From the NCBI GenBank assembly GCA_964234715.1, contig OZ174279.1: a stretch of 64,000 nucleotides of DNA; one strand, written 5' to 3'. The DNA comes from Podarcis melisellensis. Lineage: Eukaryota. A program made the position numbers and the translations under genes. This document shows, one piece after another, positions 26,074 to 39,626 of this stretch (position 1 is its first letter; the number at the start of each line of letters is the position of its first letter). The notes under the pieces were generated by a model. It was not told where the DNA came from and made no database searches. It saw only the letters and a program-made list of their open reading frames with translations.

Positions 26074-26538
26074 TAATTCCACATCTATATTCAGCTGCTT
26101 AATATTCTAAAGGCTGATTAGCTTTAAAATTATACAAAAAATGTATTCTATCGCAGCATTTTAAAGTATCACCCCAAATTTCTTTATTCTCATGTATCTT
26201 CACCCTATCAGCAACAAAAAATACAAAGTTGATGGGATTGTATAACCTTCACCAAGAAAAAATTGCACCCAGAAACTGTCTACTAGTCTAATAATAGTAT
26301 AGTATTTGGAATGTTTGAATTATTGAGTATTCATCTTGGAAACAGCTCCAAGGTAAGTAATTACAAATCTGTCATATATCTAATGAGCCATTAGAAAACA
26401 AATGGAATTATAGCACTGTACTATAATAGTAGGTTATACAAAAAAAAAATCCTAACAAATATTTTACAATTCTTGCTCAACCACCATCTTTACTTTAGCG
26501 GCCTTGCCTAGACATTCTGACTACTAAAGGAAACACTG

Positions 26539-26592
26539 TTTGGTTTGCTGATCTATTCAAACTAGGCTTTGGTTTGCTGATCTATTCAAACT
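26539..26592. repeat. 25-bp direct tandem duplication
   Basis: tttggtttgctgatctattcaaact at 26539-26563 and 26568-26592. Confidence 0.9.
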
Positions 26593-27220
26593 TCATCCCA
26601 TCCTATCAAAGGCTGAGATCGGGTTCAGATACTTATCAAGCCTCATGTGATCACCTGTGGGATGTGCATGGAACTACCAAAGGTTCACAACCCAACAAAG
26701 ATCATGTGCAGCCACTGGTTGTATGACCTGATACCCCCATACATGAAGCCACTGAAACTGCATTGTGATAACACTTTTTGACTCGCTACAATCATGAAAA
26801 CTGCAGTAGTCATTTGTATAAGCTTCAAGGGGAAATGGTTGTTCATACAACTGGCACCCAACATAACCCCTGCCAAGTTGTTAGCCCACTCACCCAATGC
26901 TCCCATAGTCAAATGCACAGGTGTGGCTGAGCATGTGAACAAAGTCAAAATAGTCAAATTATTAAAAGGTTGAAAGATCAAAGCTCTACATTTCATATAT
27001 CAGGTACAAAACCAAAGTATTCCTGAAATGGAATTAATTTTTCAGTTGACTTCATATTTAAGGATTGGAAGAAGGTGTTTTAACAAGATGTAATTATACT
27101 CTGAAGGGTTAAATCAACCCTGTCTATGGAAGCAATAAGGAAGAATTTGACCCTCAGTTTGTTGTTATGCAAATAACTTGAGGGGGGTTTTAGCTTAAAA
27201 ATACTAAGAATTTCCCTTAC

Positions 27221-27314
27221 CCATTCCCAGGAGTAGCGGAGCAGCCAGGTGAATGGCTCAAGGAGGCGCTGCCTGCACATGGACTTTTCTTAGTGGACAG
27301 ATCAAGTACTCCGT
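27221..27314 (-). CDS. LCOR: LCOR common coding exon (94 nt) with the second CtBP motif VLDLS; donor for both terminal exons
   Basis: ctctgcAG|AC GGA GTA CTT GAT CTG TCC ... GGG AAT GG|GTaagg encodes (D)GVLDLSTKKSPCAGSASLSHSPGCSATPGNG. Confidence 0.97.
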
Positions 27315-28012
27315 CTGCAGAGACATGAGAATTACTTGAGAATAGGAAGAAATTAATAAAACTAAACACACACAAACATACAACTTGGTAAGTTTTTATG
27401 GCTGAAACGCTGTCTCAGTTAATCTTGGGTTGCTTTGGAACTTCCTACTGAACCTCAACCAAAGTCTCTTGACATATCAGCCATTATTTTATTTTCCTTA
27501 TTTTGTTTTGTTAAGGACATATCGATATTATGACTTTCATTCAATAAAATATTAATGGTAGATTAAACAGTATGAACACATTATATCTGAGAGCATAGAC
27601 TGCAAGTTAATTTCAAAACATAGTTCTCTGCACATACTTCATAATGTCTGAAAAGTGGATCAAGTTACTTCTTTTTGAGCATGTATACTTCTTGTTATCC
27701 ACCATACATTCATTAAGATGTAGTCCATGTATTGATAGTTTCAAGTAAGACACAAAGGAGAACAGGAAAGAAAAAAACATCTTAACAAGCAGAACCGAAG
27801 TTCATGTACCCATAAAAGAAAACTCAACAAGTGTGTAATTCAGGAACTACAAAATGGAGCAAGAGTGGAGAATTTCTTACCTTACAATTATTATTGCAAA
27901 CAAACTGCAGCTTTCATATTAAGTATTTTCTGGGTACACTTCATTTTATTTAATATATTTATATTCCATCTTTAAATTTAGCAAAAACAATACAATTTAA
28001 TGGGATAGCTTA

Positions 28013-28133
28013 CAGGGCACTCTCCAGATGCTGTAGGCTACAACTTCTATTATCCCTGACCACTGGCCATGTTGGCTGGGGTAATGAGAGTTGTACCCCA
28101 CAATATCTGGAGTGCACCACTTTGGCTACCACT
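28013..28133. mobile_element. Degenerate palindromic hAT MITE (family of 25344-25479)
   Basis: ctccagatg...ctacaacttctattatccctgacc...gagagttgta...atctggag. Confidence 0.65.
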
Positions 28134-30374
28134 AATCTTGCTTTTTAAAAAGTGCTGCAGTCCAGATATTCAGTCCATGAGCTATTCAATTAGAACAGAG
28201 ATAACTAGTTCAGCAATGCTAGCCTTGCAAGTTCCAAGGCAGTAAAGCAGATGCTAGAAAGTCATGTGACTGGATTTTTTAAAAGTCATGTAATAATATA
28301 TTTTGCATTTATAAGATAATTGAGATATTGTTAGCCATTAGTGGAAGACTAACTAGTAAGCTTGATGAAATCATTTTTTCTACACAAAGACTACTTACTG
28401 CCTATCTCCCATAAAGCTTAAGTATAAACATTCTTAAAAGCTGCACAATTCTGGAAGGTAACAAGCTACTTGTTATATTACTAACAAATTTTAAGAGGCA
28501 GCCAGTGGGAAAGAGGAAGGGTAAGTGGTGGCAAGTATAGAGTAGTTACCAGACAATTTGCCAACGTGTAAATTTACAGATGCGCGCATCTCTTCTTTTT
28601 CTTAATAAGCTGGGTAGATTCTCAATGAATTATTGCTGTGTTTCATATAACACCTAAACTCTCAAGGGATCCAACTGCATTCCCAGCATATGGAGTATAC
28701 AGCAACTTCTAATGCACACAGGAACTCACTTTTTAGCAGCTGCAGCTCAGTGAAACAATGTCTCCTTTTCTAGCAAACAAGTAACAAAGCTATAGTTGTA
28801 CAGACCACCTTTAAGACTCTTATCCAGAACTTTATTATGAATCTAAATCTTTCTGTTCTCTCCTCTATCAAAACAGTTTTGGAACTGTTTCAAGTCTGTT
28901 TGTAACTACATTATTAGTACAGTTAAGGAGGTTTGTTAATATTTGCTGTCCATGCATTTATATGCTAAAATGTACTATTTGGCTCACAGAAATGGAAAAC
29001 ATTCAAGTTCATAATTATTCAAAGCAATGTTATTTAAAGCAAACCTAAATTTCAAGATCATCTATACTGTTAAACAATAAAGAATATTTAGTTTTTCAAC
29101 ATGTATTTTTGCAATTTAAGGGGCCAGAGTAAGGTCTGAAAAAGGTCTACTTATTAATAGAGAGATGGGGCAGTACCTTGTTACACCCTGTCCAATTAAA
29201 TACTTCTTTGGTTCTGCGAGAAAACCAACTAGAAGACCCATGTTATTCTTCCAAGCTGGAGATTCACAATCCTTTTCACTATCAATTTTCATCTGTGTCT
29301 GGTGTAGGTGAAGTTTTACACATATGAAGTAACATGCAGAAATGGAGAATAGCCAGCTATGCATGCTTACAAGGATTTGAGGCTTACAGTAGCTAACAAA
29401 ATTAAGTGTGACTCAACAACATCAACCTGTGACAAAGATTAATTCTAATTTGCATTACATTAAGACTTAAGTAATAACAGTATTTGTCGGTAAGACATTA
29501 TTTCTAGTGGGTCAAGTTTTTGGTTCAATATCTTAAGAAAGTGTTTAAAAGCTAGTGGATTCTGTATATATGTGGAACTCTCTCTGGTAAATTATATGAG
29601 GAAATGCTACAGGAATAGGTATATGTAGCCTTCAGCCCAGAAAGCCAAGTGGGCAAACAAATTATGTTTTCAAGAAATACCAGAGTGGAAAGAATGAATG
29701 GTTTTTTCAGCTTTCTATGAAAACAAAGCAAAGAAGTTACAGGTTTAAAGTGGGAATTTGATGCACACTCACTTAGGAGAAAGCACAATTGAACACAGTG
29801 GGATTTTAGTTAGTAAACATGTATCAGATCGCACTGTAGATTACCTAACTGTAATGATTTAGAAAATGGACAAGTTGCTTAAGCTGTATGTGAAAATTTC
29901 TTAAGGTTTTTAAGAAAGCTAAAAAGAAAATGCTAGACAATAATATTTTAAAGTGCTTTATTTTCTAACACATATGTATTGACTTTTCAGCAAAGTCCAA
30001 GTGGCAAAGAAAATAATCCAACTTTATGGCAGACATTTGTTTTCAATAGCTTATGGATTTCTCTCGTCTCTAGAATGCATTAAAATAAACATACATTATA
30101 ATGTAAGATGAAGGGCAAAATTCTTCAGGTCCATTAAAAGTACTGTGTATATGTTCACTTCCAAGGGAAAAGAACAAAATGTTCAACTGCTTCAACCTTG
30201 CATTTGTTCTTTCAAAAGCACTTGGTCAACACCAAGGTTTTCTTTTAACATAAGCACCACAATCAGAGGTTGACAAATGCAGTTACCATATCTTAAGATG
30301 CTGGCAACCACCTGCTACCTCCAGCATAAGATGAGAAAGGTGGGGCTCATCTCTGATGATGTTCGGGACTTTGG

Positions 30375-30475
30375 AAGAATGTAAGAGCCTCCTGGATCAG
30401 GCCAATGACCCATTAAGTTAAGCATCCTGTTCTCACACTGGCTCATCTGATGCCTGTGGGAAACCTACATCTGGA
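30375..30475 (-). mobile_element. CR1-type LINE 3' remnant
   Basis: aagagcctcctggatcaggccaatgaccc...agcatcctgttctcac, similar to the start of 51150-51690. Confidence 0.5.
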
Positions 30476-30897
30476 ATCAATGAGCAGTTCCTCTGCTTCC
30501 AAGTGTTCCAGAAGGTCAGGAACAAAATTCCATCTTTCTTCTAGAACACCCAAGAAGCATTGATTTCACCTGACAGTGGACAGAGCATCAGTATTTCCAA
30601 AGTCTGGTGAGGCAGTTACAGTAATTTAACTAAGGCTGAAACTTGGGGGAAAGGTGAAGTCTCTTGTTTGACTTTGCCCTAGACTTCAGAATCACCTGGA
30701 ACCAGTGAGAAGTGCTAATGCTTCTGGGGCTCAGAATGACACAAGCCACAAGGTCCTGACCCTGCACCAAATCTCCTTTGCATGTCAGAAGAATAGGTGG
30801 AGAACAGGGTCAGTGATAACCACAACTGGTTCCTGGCTACCAAGCTCAGTCAAAATCTGTGGAATCTGTCACCAGAAGACACACTCTTATGTGTAGG

Positions 30898-31250
30898 TTA
30901 AAGGTAAAGGGACCCTTGACCATTAGGCCCAGTCGTGACCAACTCTGGGGTTGCGGCGCTCATCTTGCTTTATTGGCCAAGGGAGCTGGCGTACAGCTTT
31001 CGGGTCATGTGGCCAGCATGACTAAGCCACTTCTGGTGAACCAGAGCAGCACACGAAAATGCCGTTTACCTTCCTGCCAGAGCGGTACCTATTTATCTAC
31101 TTGCACTTTGACGTGCTTTCAAACAGCTAGGTTGGCAGGAGCAGGGACTGAGTAACAGGAGCTCACCCCGTCATGGGGATTCGAACTGCCAACTTTCTGA
31201 TCGGCAAGTTCTAGGCTCTGTGGTTTCACCCACAGCACCACCCACGTCCC
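30898..31250 (-). mobile_element. Sauria SINE, full length
   Basis: (ACCTTT)n tail on the minus strand and tRNA-like head with B-box GTTCGAATCC. TSD ATGTGTAGG at 30889-30897 and 31252-31260. Confidence 0.9.
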
Positions 31251-31763
31251 AATGTGTAGGATACCACATACTTAAAAGATGTCATACACAAAGAACTAAA
31301 CACACAAAGAAAGTTACAATTGACACGAAGGACTATATTTTAAGTAAATAATACAGCCTTTACTAAGCGGCTGCTGTAAGACAATTTGAGTATTCAGATC
31401 CAATTACAGGCATTCTGCTTATGAGCAAATTGCCAAAATACTTGCCAAGTGTGATTACAGGCACAATTCACTACATGGAGGCTGGAAGTACACTATCAAA
31501 CCCATTAATTCAGCATAAGTAAATTTCCCAGAGAGTAAGTTTCTTTTCTGGCAGACCCAGCATCCATCTGGAATATGCTTAATAAAATGAGGGCACATAG
31601 CTGTTAGCACTTTCGCACCATTTTCAGCACAGCTTTTCTCCATTCCCTATGCACTACTAATCAATCCATGCCTCTCTTCTTTCCGTTCTATGATTTACTT
31701 AGTCATTAATGGCCAGCAAATTGCAAATGGTTGCAAGGGGCTATGAACAGAAATGTGGCATAC

Positions 31764-32051
31764 CTTGTTCGCTAGGATCCAACTGAGACTTTCTGACAGT
31801 GAGGTCCAAGGGCGAGTCCTGGTCAGCCATGAGAAGTTTGCTGAGCACAGGATTTTGAGCCGTTGCACCCACAGGGGATGAGGCTACCAGAGATGCTTTC
31901 AGCAGGCTTTGGTTCTTTGTGCTATTGGGCGAGCTGGAGTCCTGAGTAGAGCTAGTTTTTGAGGTATATTCAGCAGCAAACTGTCGAATCATCCGCTGCA
32001 TGATCTCACGGGCCACTAGGGGAATGTTGGGGTCAGAGACCCTATGACTGT
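31764..32051 (-). CDS. LCOR: LCOR coding exon (288 nt) with the conventional ATG (32001), LxxLL NR box and PLDLT CtBP motif
   Basis: accatttAG|AC AGT CAT... encodes (D)[31 protein letters not shown]...VLSKLLMADQDSPLDLTVRKSQLDPSEQ, ending G|GTatgc. LSKLL at 31845-31831 and PLDLT at 31812-31798. Confidence 0.98.
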
Positions 32052-32838
32052 CTAAATGGTAAAATAAAATAAAAAAAATAAGAAGGAAGTTTTATGTAGA
32101 ACAAATTTTAAAGCAAGACAACTTCCGATACTGAGGGTTGTGGGGGTTTTTTAAATTTAAAAAAGCTACAATATTTTAACTTGCAAGTGCAAGACAATAA
32201 AAAGGCACAGATCTTACATTGTATCTTCAAAATCTGAAGCAACTTACAGAATTGTGCACCCATTCGCTACAGCTCCCTCTCTTAACTGCATTTAAAAGAG
32301 CCACTATGTCTGCACCAGCTCCTTAAGATCACAATGCCCAATTTTTAACACAGAGAATTTAAAAATGATACAATACATTCACAAGAATGAAATAATTTAT
32401 TCCATGCTGGAATGGGAAGAGGGAGGCAAATTAAGCATGTATTCTTTGTACAGAGGTTTAAAGAATCACCTCCAGTATAACAGCCCTTTGCCAACGTAAG
32501 ACAGAGACCCTATGTATGTCCCCAGATAGAATTCTAGGTCTGCAATAATCTGCCCACCAAAATAAGCTGAGCTAAAGAGAAAGAACTAATAAATTATCAA
32601 TGTGAATCTCATCTTAGTCAAAACTCTCTAGGTAGAATTAGACACGCCATCTTAAATCCACAATTCCTCTTACCTTCCCCACAACCACATGGATATAATA
32701 TTTGCCTATTTACTGGTTCTGAGATAATATCTCTGTGGTACTTTGAACACAAACTCTGCTGTGTAAATGCTATTATTAGTCTCCCCAAAATTCTTCTCTT
32801 CCCACCAGTCCAGCTGCCTGAGAAATCTTGGGCACTAC

Positions 32839-32954
32839 CAGGGCTTTTTTTCAGCTAGAACTCACCAGAACTCAGTTCCAGGTGGGTGTGATTGCCATTG
32901 TAAGAGAAAAAGAGAAGTGTTCATGGCACCTCTTTTTCTAGAAAAAAAGCACAT
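32839..32954. mobile_element. Short hAT-type MITE
   Basis: cagggctttttttcag...ctagaaaaaaagcac termini, with approximate TSD ggcactac / ggcactgc. Confidence 0.6.
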
Positions 32955-33453
32955 GGCACTGCTGCATGGAGACAAAATTTAGAGCACAAACTACCCAGAG
33001 GGTGGTGAGCCTTTTGGGCCCAGTGGGACAGAACTTTATCTTCCCTCAACTCTGTGAGTCAACTTCTAACAGGTGGGTAGGACTGCCCAAATGTCAATCA
33101 TCTAACATCACAGTAACACCAGCGGATTGATACATCAACATTGGGCCACAGGAGTCAGAGCACTCAGGAGATAGTTCAAAAGTCTTGTTCTTCCCTGTAT
33201 GCAGCACTTCACAAATGCCTGAAAACCAGATAACTGTTGGGCCTCTGGGAAGTGCTTGGGAAGCATGTTGGGTGCAAGATATATTTAAAGGTGTCAACCA
33301 GTGTCCTTTTATAGATTATTTGTACAGATAAAAAACCTTGAGATTCTATGGAAATAATACATGGCTATCTCAAAAAAAGTATTTTAAAAAGATCAGTTAG
33401 CCAAGCATGCAAGCCAGTTAGAGTATTGATTTCATTCTTTCATCATGACCAAC

Positions 33454-33586
33454 CTTTTCGATAAAAGACTGCATGGATAAATTCTTCCGCTTGCCTCTCG
33501 AACCGAGTGATTTTCGCTTGCTCTTGTCTAAGCAGAGCTTGGTGCCCAACTTCCAAAGCTGGCTCATCCAGACTGACTAAGTGTTC
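33454..33586 (-). CDS. LCOR: LCOR upstream exon (133 nt), in frame with the main ORF
   Basis: tttttcatAG|GAA CAC ... CGA AAA G|GTtggt encodes [44 protein letters not shown]. Resembles LCORL IECQAENYLNALFRKKD as I recall it. Confidence 0.88.
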
Positions 33587-35397
33587 CTATGAAAAATATT
33601 TAATACAAATGTAAAAATATAAACACCTCTTCTTTTTCATGCTGACTTTAAAAAAAACTGCTCACTGTAAAGACAGTGATACAATTTTATCTGATACAAT
33701 TTGGAATATATGTCAGAATTTGTCAGCCATCTCTCACTGCTTAACATTTAGGGCTGCACATTTATTAAGAAGCAGTTTCCACTAAACTCAGGGCAGCTAC
33801 ATCTGAGTAAATATATTCAGGATCTTAATTCATCTTAAATGATGAATGCACCAACAAATTCACAATATTAAATACAAAACAAGAAAGGCAGAACCATCTT
33901 TGCATTATTTAATAAAATTTACCATATAAGGAAAAGTACTCAAAATTTTCACTTCAAACTGATCAAACACAGGGTTGTTCCAACCAAGGCATTGGGGGGG
34001 GGGGATGAAATGGCAACCTGCCTGGCTGCTGACTGCAACAACTCCACATTATGTGAAGGGGCAGGGGAAAATTGGTTCAAAGAAAGTATGTGGGGGGATT
34101 ATGTTGCCACTGCTGCTTTTACTACTAAGTTCTGTGCCCCAATCTTGAAAATTTTACTACTGTCTCCTGCCCTCCAAAAAAACTACTTCATTTTTATCCT
34201 CCCACCCACCTAAAAGTCCCTTTCCATCAAAACCTCTACCACACTCCTCATAAACTATATTTAGGGAGAGTACATGCAAAGTAGCTAAGGAAACTGATCA
34301 ACACTGAGGTCAAATCACATGCCCAGTTAGGCATGTAGGTAACCTACCCATTTTCTGTCAAGGTTGAATTTAAATCTCCAGCGTCAATATTTTGTGAAAA
34401 AATGACTGTCTGAGAACCCAATAATAAGCACACAATGGAATTCAGTTTGTTAATGCTCTTACCCCTATTTAAGAAATTGGGAACTTTACATCTGAAATAG
34501 ACCTCTTTAAAAGAAATCCCACATCAAGCACAGCAGTTTGTGAAATCACTAATACAGGAAACAGTTACAAAGACCCTACTTTCCATATGCAACCACTAGA
34601 TAGCACTCCTGGCCATGGTTGCCACCTGGCCTTTCCAAGAAGAAACCTGGATTCAAAAGATGTTACCAAGCAGCAAACCAGGTTCTTTAAGAGGAGTGTG
34701 ATTACATTCAACAGGAATTTCCCCCTGTCTCCATTAAATCCCTGTTGATTAATTCTTATCCAAAATAGTCTGTAGGTATTTATGAAGGGTGAGGACAGAT
34801 GCTGCTGGATCCAAAATAAATAAAAAATGTAGTTTGATGTTATCCACATGCAACTCTTTCCAATAGTCTAACCATCTGAACCCAGTGACATTATAAACTA
34901 TGGGAGCACATGTAAGTAGTTCCTGAATGTTATAGATGGAAATGAAGATGCTCAGTAGAGCCTCTCTTGTACTATAGGGAAGAGAATGACAAGATGGTGT
35001 GCTCACCCTAGTTTTGATGTACAGTAACAAAATAAGTGGAGGAGGGAGAAACACACCTCTTTCCATTTGTAGGTTCTCATAAATAATTATTTCACCCCAC
35101 ACAATATATAAAGAACATGAAATTTCTATAAGACAATATGGTTTCTAGTAGATATAAACCTATCAGTGAGTATTAGACACAATACCTAAATGTTATGCTC
35201 ATGTTCAAGAAGCAACATACCCTTCAGAATCAAAGTCTAGAACTGAAACAACAGGAGACACCCATTATCATTCTGTTCTGTTTCTGAGCTTCCTAGTTAT
35301 TATTCACCACTGTTGGAAACAGAATGCTGAGCACAATTGAATGGACAGATCCATTTTTAGGTTCTTAATCCGAAAGGTCGTCAAAATATTGCCCTTC

Positions 35398-35423
35398 AAC
35401 ACACACACACACACACACACACA
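35398..35423. repeat. (CA)n microsatellite
   Basis: Directly visible. Confidence 0.9.
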
Positions 35424-37435
35424 ATGGGAACAAAGAAAAAGAAAGGACTTTAAAATATATGATCAATGCCCATTAAGAGGTTGGGTATGAGGTAAAGTGT
35501 CTAGCATGTCTTAAGAAACACTCTCCCAAGTGCTTCAGGCAACTTATACCTTTAATATCCCACATAACTCCTTGCCAGAATTATGCAAAATAAGCAGCTT
35601 GGCTTAAGCTCTTCAACCTATGCATAATTTATAAAGGCTAAATAATTTTATTTTTTTCTTAGCACAATTTAGTTTACCTTGCTGCCAGGTTTGATTCAAT
35701 TTTTAAAACAGAAGTGCTCACATGAATTTTAAGACCCTTCTTTATTCTGCTTTATCTGAAAATCCATCCTTTCCTTACAGGTAAAAATACCTTGCATAGA
35801 ACAAGGTACCTAATGTTAGTATATATCAGTAAAGAACTCACGGCACTTTTTAAAAAATACTTTCAGTAACACTGGCTTCATTGAATAGGGTTGCTGCTGT
35901 CCACATATGCCAACTGAATATGGTGTTATAGCGGTGAAGGACAAAAATGGATTGAAAAGCAATTGTAAGGAGGGAATAAAGAAGTGGATCAATTACAGTT
36001 AGGCACCAAATGTCTTCAAGGAATGAACCACCCTGTGTGCTGGTGTATAGCACACTGTCAAACATAGGCTAATAACACAAAACACAATAAGCTCAACAGT
36101 TCCAAAACATCAACCACCCTCAGACTAAGGCTAGGTAGGGTATTATGTAGCTCCAGCAAACCTTGGTACAAAAAAGCAAAGCAAAGGATATCTCATGTAT
36201 CCAGATCACAGCAAGGGCTTACACCACTCTTGACCTATAGAACCACAATACATAGGACCACAAGAAAGAACTTGGCAATGTGAAACTTTAGTGAAAATGT
36301 ACTGTACACAAACCCAAGGATAACAGGGTGCTGATAAAAAAAGTGCTACGGAAAACAAAGAAAAATAGAACATTTGTGAGTTCTGACTTTCCAAAGGAAT
36401 TCTACAGTATTTATTCATGTCACACTTTCTTCCACAAGGCAATTCAACAGTGCATAGATAGGGTTCCCAAGTGCTTTCCCAATCAGGCACTGGCCAGAAC
36501 CAATCCTACTTTAGCTTCAGCAAGGCTGTTGCAACATGTGCCCTCAAGCCATGCCCTAGGATCTGCATTAGGATTCTGGACACAAATGCCAAACAGAAAT
36601 TTCAACTCTTGAGCTGAAACACAATGCAACACAAAGCACAAGCACTGGTAACCAAGGGAGGGAGAGGGCAGTTTAACACCAAAGTATATCTTAACATACA
36701 ACCAGAACAGGCATGGGCCAATGATCAGCACCAAGATCAAGAAATGTTTATACCCAGGTAAGTCCCCAATAGAAGCTACTAAAGGAATGCCAAGCACAAA
36801 CAAGGCCTTGGATTTCAAGCACTCTGCTCACTAGAAGTGCTTGATCTAACAACTCTATACTATCCTTTCTTGCATAATAAGCACAACCAGAAAATACACA
36901 GCAGAATAATCATTACTAAAGTAATCTATGACTGCCTAGTGTAAACCACTGAGAAGTCTTTTGTTGTAGTAGACTGAAAATAAATGTTAAATAAATAAAA
37001 AATAACTTCAGTGCAATATGCTCCTCTGGAAAGATGCATACAGTCTCTAATATTAAATTTTCAAACATCTAAACCCCACCTCAATTATGGAGAATATAAG
37101 GTGACCACAATGACAAGAGGAGCATGTATGGGTCATGGATTCCTCAGCAAGACTGATGGAATGGGGATACAGATTGAGCCTTTCTTGTGCACTGACCAAT
37201 CCACTCCTTTGCAATGAACACACTATATATTTGGTACCTACTTTTCTTTATAAAATAATCTGAAACCAGAGTATAATACAATAAAATGAATTAAAAATCA
37301 AGCAATCAATGAACAATAAAACATATATAGTTCAATAGCTATTTAGAAAGTGAAGTGACACAGATTCAATCCAAAGCCCAGGTGGTTAAGTAGGTCTTCA
37401 ACTAGTGCTGAAAGCTAACAAGAGTTGCCACCAAC

Positions 37436-37579
37436 CAGTGTTTTCTTCTAGAAAAAAGGTGCCAGTACTCACCATGAAGTTGTTACATTAAGTGCCACAT
37501 TTTTAAGCAGTACTTTTCTTCTAGGGAAAAAAATGTGCTGGTACTACGTAACCTTGAGTATCCCTAGAAAAAAGCACTG
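37436..37579. mobile_element. hAT-type MITE inserted in a decayed minus-strand L2 fragment (about 37370-37630)
   Basis: TIR cagtgttttcttcta / tagaaaaaagcactg. Approximate TSD ccaccaac / ctgccaac. Confidence 0.65.
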
Positions 37580-38800
37580 CTGCCAACTGTAAATGAAGGG
37601 TAAGGGAGTTCCACCATCAGGGCACCATGCATCCCAGGTGCAAACCATCTCATACTACTCTTAGCATGCATCTTTTTTGAACTGCAATCTACGATGAAAT
37701 ACCCACTAAGGCAAGGATGCTTCCCTATTTGGTACCACACAAACAGCTAAGATAGCTTGGAGAAGAAGCAATCCTTTGCACACTACTTGAAACCACCAGA
37801 ACTGAGAGAGCTGAAACAGTTAATCCATTTACTTGACACTATTGGAGGTGGTTTAAGAGCAGGAACACCTCTCCTGCGCACCACCACAGACTTCTCACAT
37901 ATCATGTGTATGCAACAGTGCCCATAAAGGGATAACTGAGGCACTAACTGCCTTGCTGCAATAGCCACCAGAATGGGGTTTAACATCTTCCCAATGAGTA
38001 GTCACTCCTCATCAGCCATGATGATCTGGCAGGCCCCTCATTCCCACCTCACCTAGAAGTGCCAACTTCTAGAATATAGCCAAATAATTGTTTTTATTTA
38101 TAATCCACCAACTCATTAAAAAAAACTAAGGTGGTGTAGTTAAATCATTAAAACACCTTAAAATCTTAGGCTCATAAAATACAGAATGAATGGCCAACAG
38201 TGAAAATACAGAGGAAGATGGAAAAAGCGAGAGATGACCTGGGGATATGAGCATTCACTGACTCATTCCATCCACAATGGTCATTGAACTGTCAACCACT
38301 CCAACTACTTTCCCCATCCTCTGTGGGACTTCACAGTTGGGGACACCAATAACTGCACTTGGAAACTATGTTATGGGGCAATGAACTCATGAACAAACAA
38401 AATATTGCACCCAAATTTTGTGGTCCACTTGTATGATTAGTGGAACAGGGCCAACAAGACAAAGCTCAGGAGTTGAGGTTGGGATGTTGCTCTCGCCCCA
38501 CTGTCTCAAATAAACTGCCTTTCTGCTACTTCTATCCTTTACCATCTGAAACTGTTGCCAGCAAGAAATCTATTCAGCATATTGCACCTTGTACAAAAAC
38601 ATCAGTGGCACCAGCATCATCTAAGAATGAGCTTATGCAAACCATACCCATATACTCCCAGGAACAGCCTAAATATCCTAGAGTCTTAAGTGTAATACAC
38701 AGAAGCTACACCTAATATGCCATTCTACAAGGCATGGATGACCAACTGGCTAGACTGCTGGTGCAGGCAAACTGCCAATGGCATGTAAGAACTCTGCTAA

Positions 38801-39277
38801 ACTATCTGCACTGGCTGTCCATTTGCTACTGGGACCAGGTTCCAGGCTCTTGTGGTAATATATAAAACCGTGAACAACTTGAGTCCAGGATACCTTAAGG
38901 ACCACCTGAGCTCTAATATCCAAACTCAATCATTAAGATAATCCAGAGGAGCAATTAGTTGTTCCCTGAGTTACAGAGGTCCAACTGGCTTCAACCAGAG
39001 GTTGGGCATTTAGTGTTGCCAGGCCCATGCTGTAGAATATTCTTCCACCACAGATTCATGAGGTATCCTCGCTACTGACTTTCGGGTGTCTCATGAAGAA
39101 CTTTTTATGCTGACAGGTTTATGAAGTTATTTAAACTTTCCTGATTAGCCAGTCATTTTAACAATTACTATTGGGGGATTTTTAGTTTTCATTGCATGTT
39201 ATGTTTTATTGTATATACTGTTGTACATCACCTTGATATTTTATGAGTTGGCAGTATATAAATATTTCTATAAATAA
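38801..39277 (+). mobile_element. L2 LINE 3' fragment
   Basis: Decayed LHWL...YKTVNNLSPGYLKDHL-type sequence, then gttgggcatttagtgttgcc and an AT-rich 3' end. Confidence 0.65.
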
Positions 39278-39626
39278 AAATGATAAAAGCAATGCAAAGC
39301 AACACCATTATTGCACAGCATAGCCATCTGCAATGCAGATACTTTGGTTACAATCCTAACACCCTATCACTGATCTATGACAGAATCTCTGTGAAACAGG
39401 CATCATCATTGCCTCTTGTCTAAGAGAAGGGAAGAGTACAAAAAAGGTTCCACATATGCAGTAAGGAAACTTCTGCTAAGCTTGGACACTTGTGGATCAA
39501 AATGAGCACTCCACACAGATCCCTATCCAGCTTCTTAAAAGTGACATGGGACTGATCTGCTTCCCTCAGTGGAGGGCATAACTGTACAAAGGGTCATGGA
39601 GTACAGACCACAAGTACATGCATGCC

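Noticed and set aside
31741-31763. C-terminus GMPHFCS* of the 91-aa ORF
   Set aside because: Lies past the G|GTATGC donor at 31764, so it is intron.
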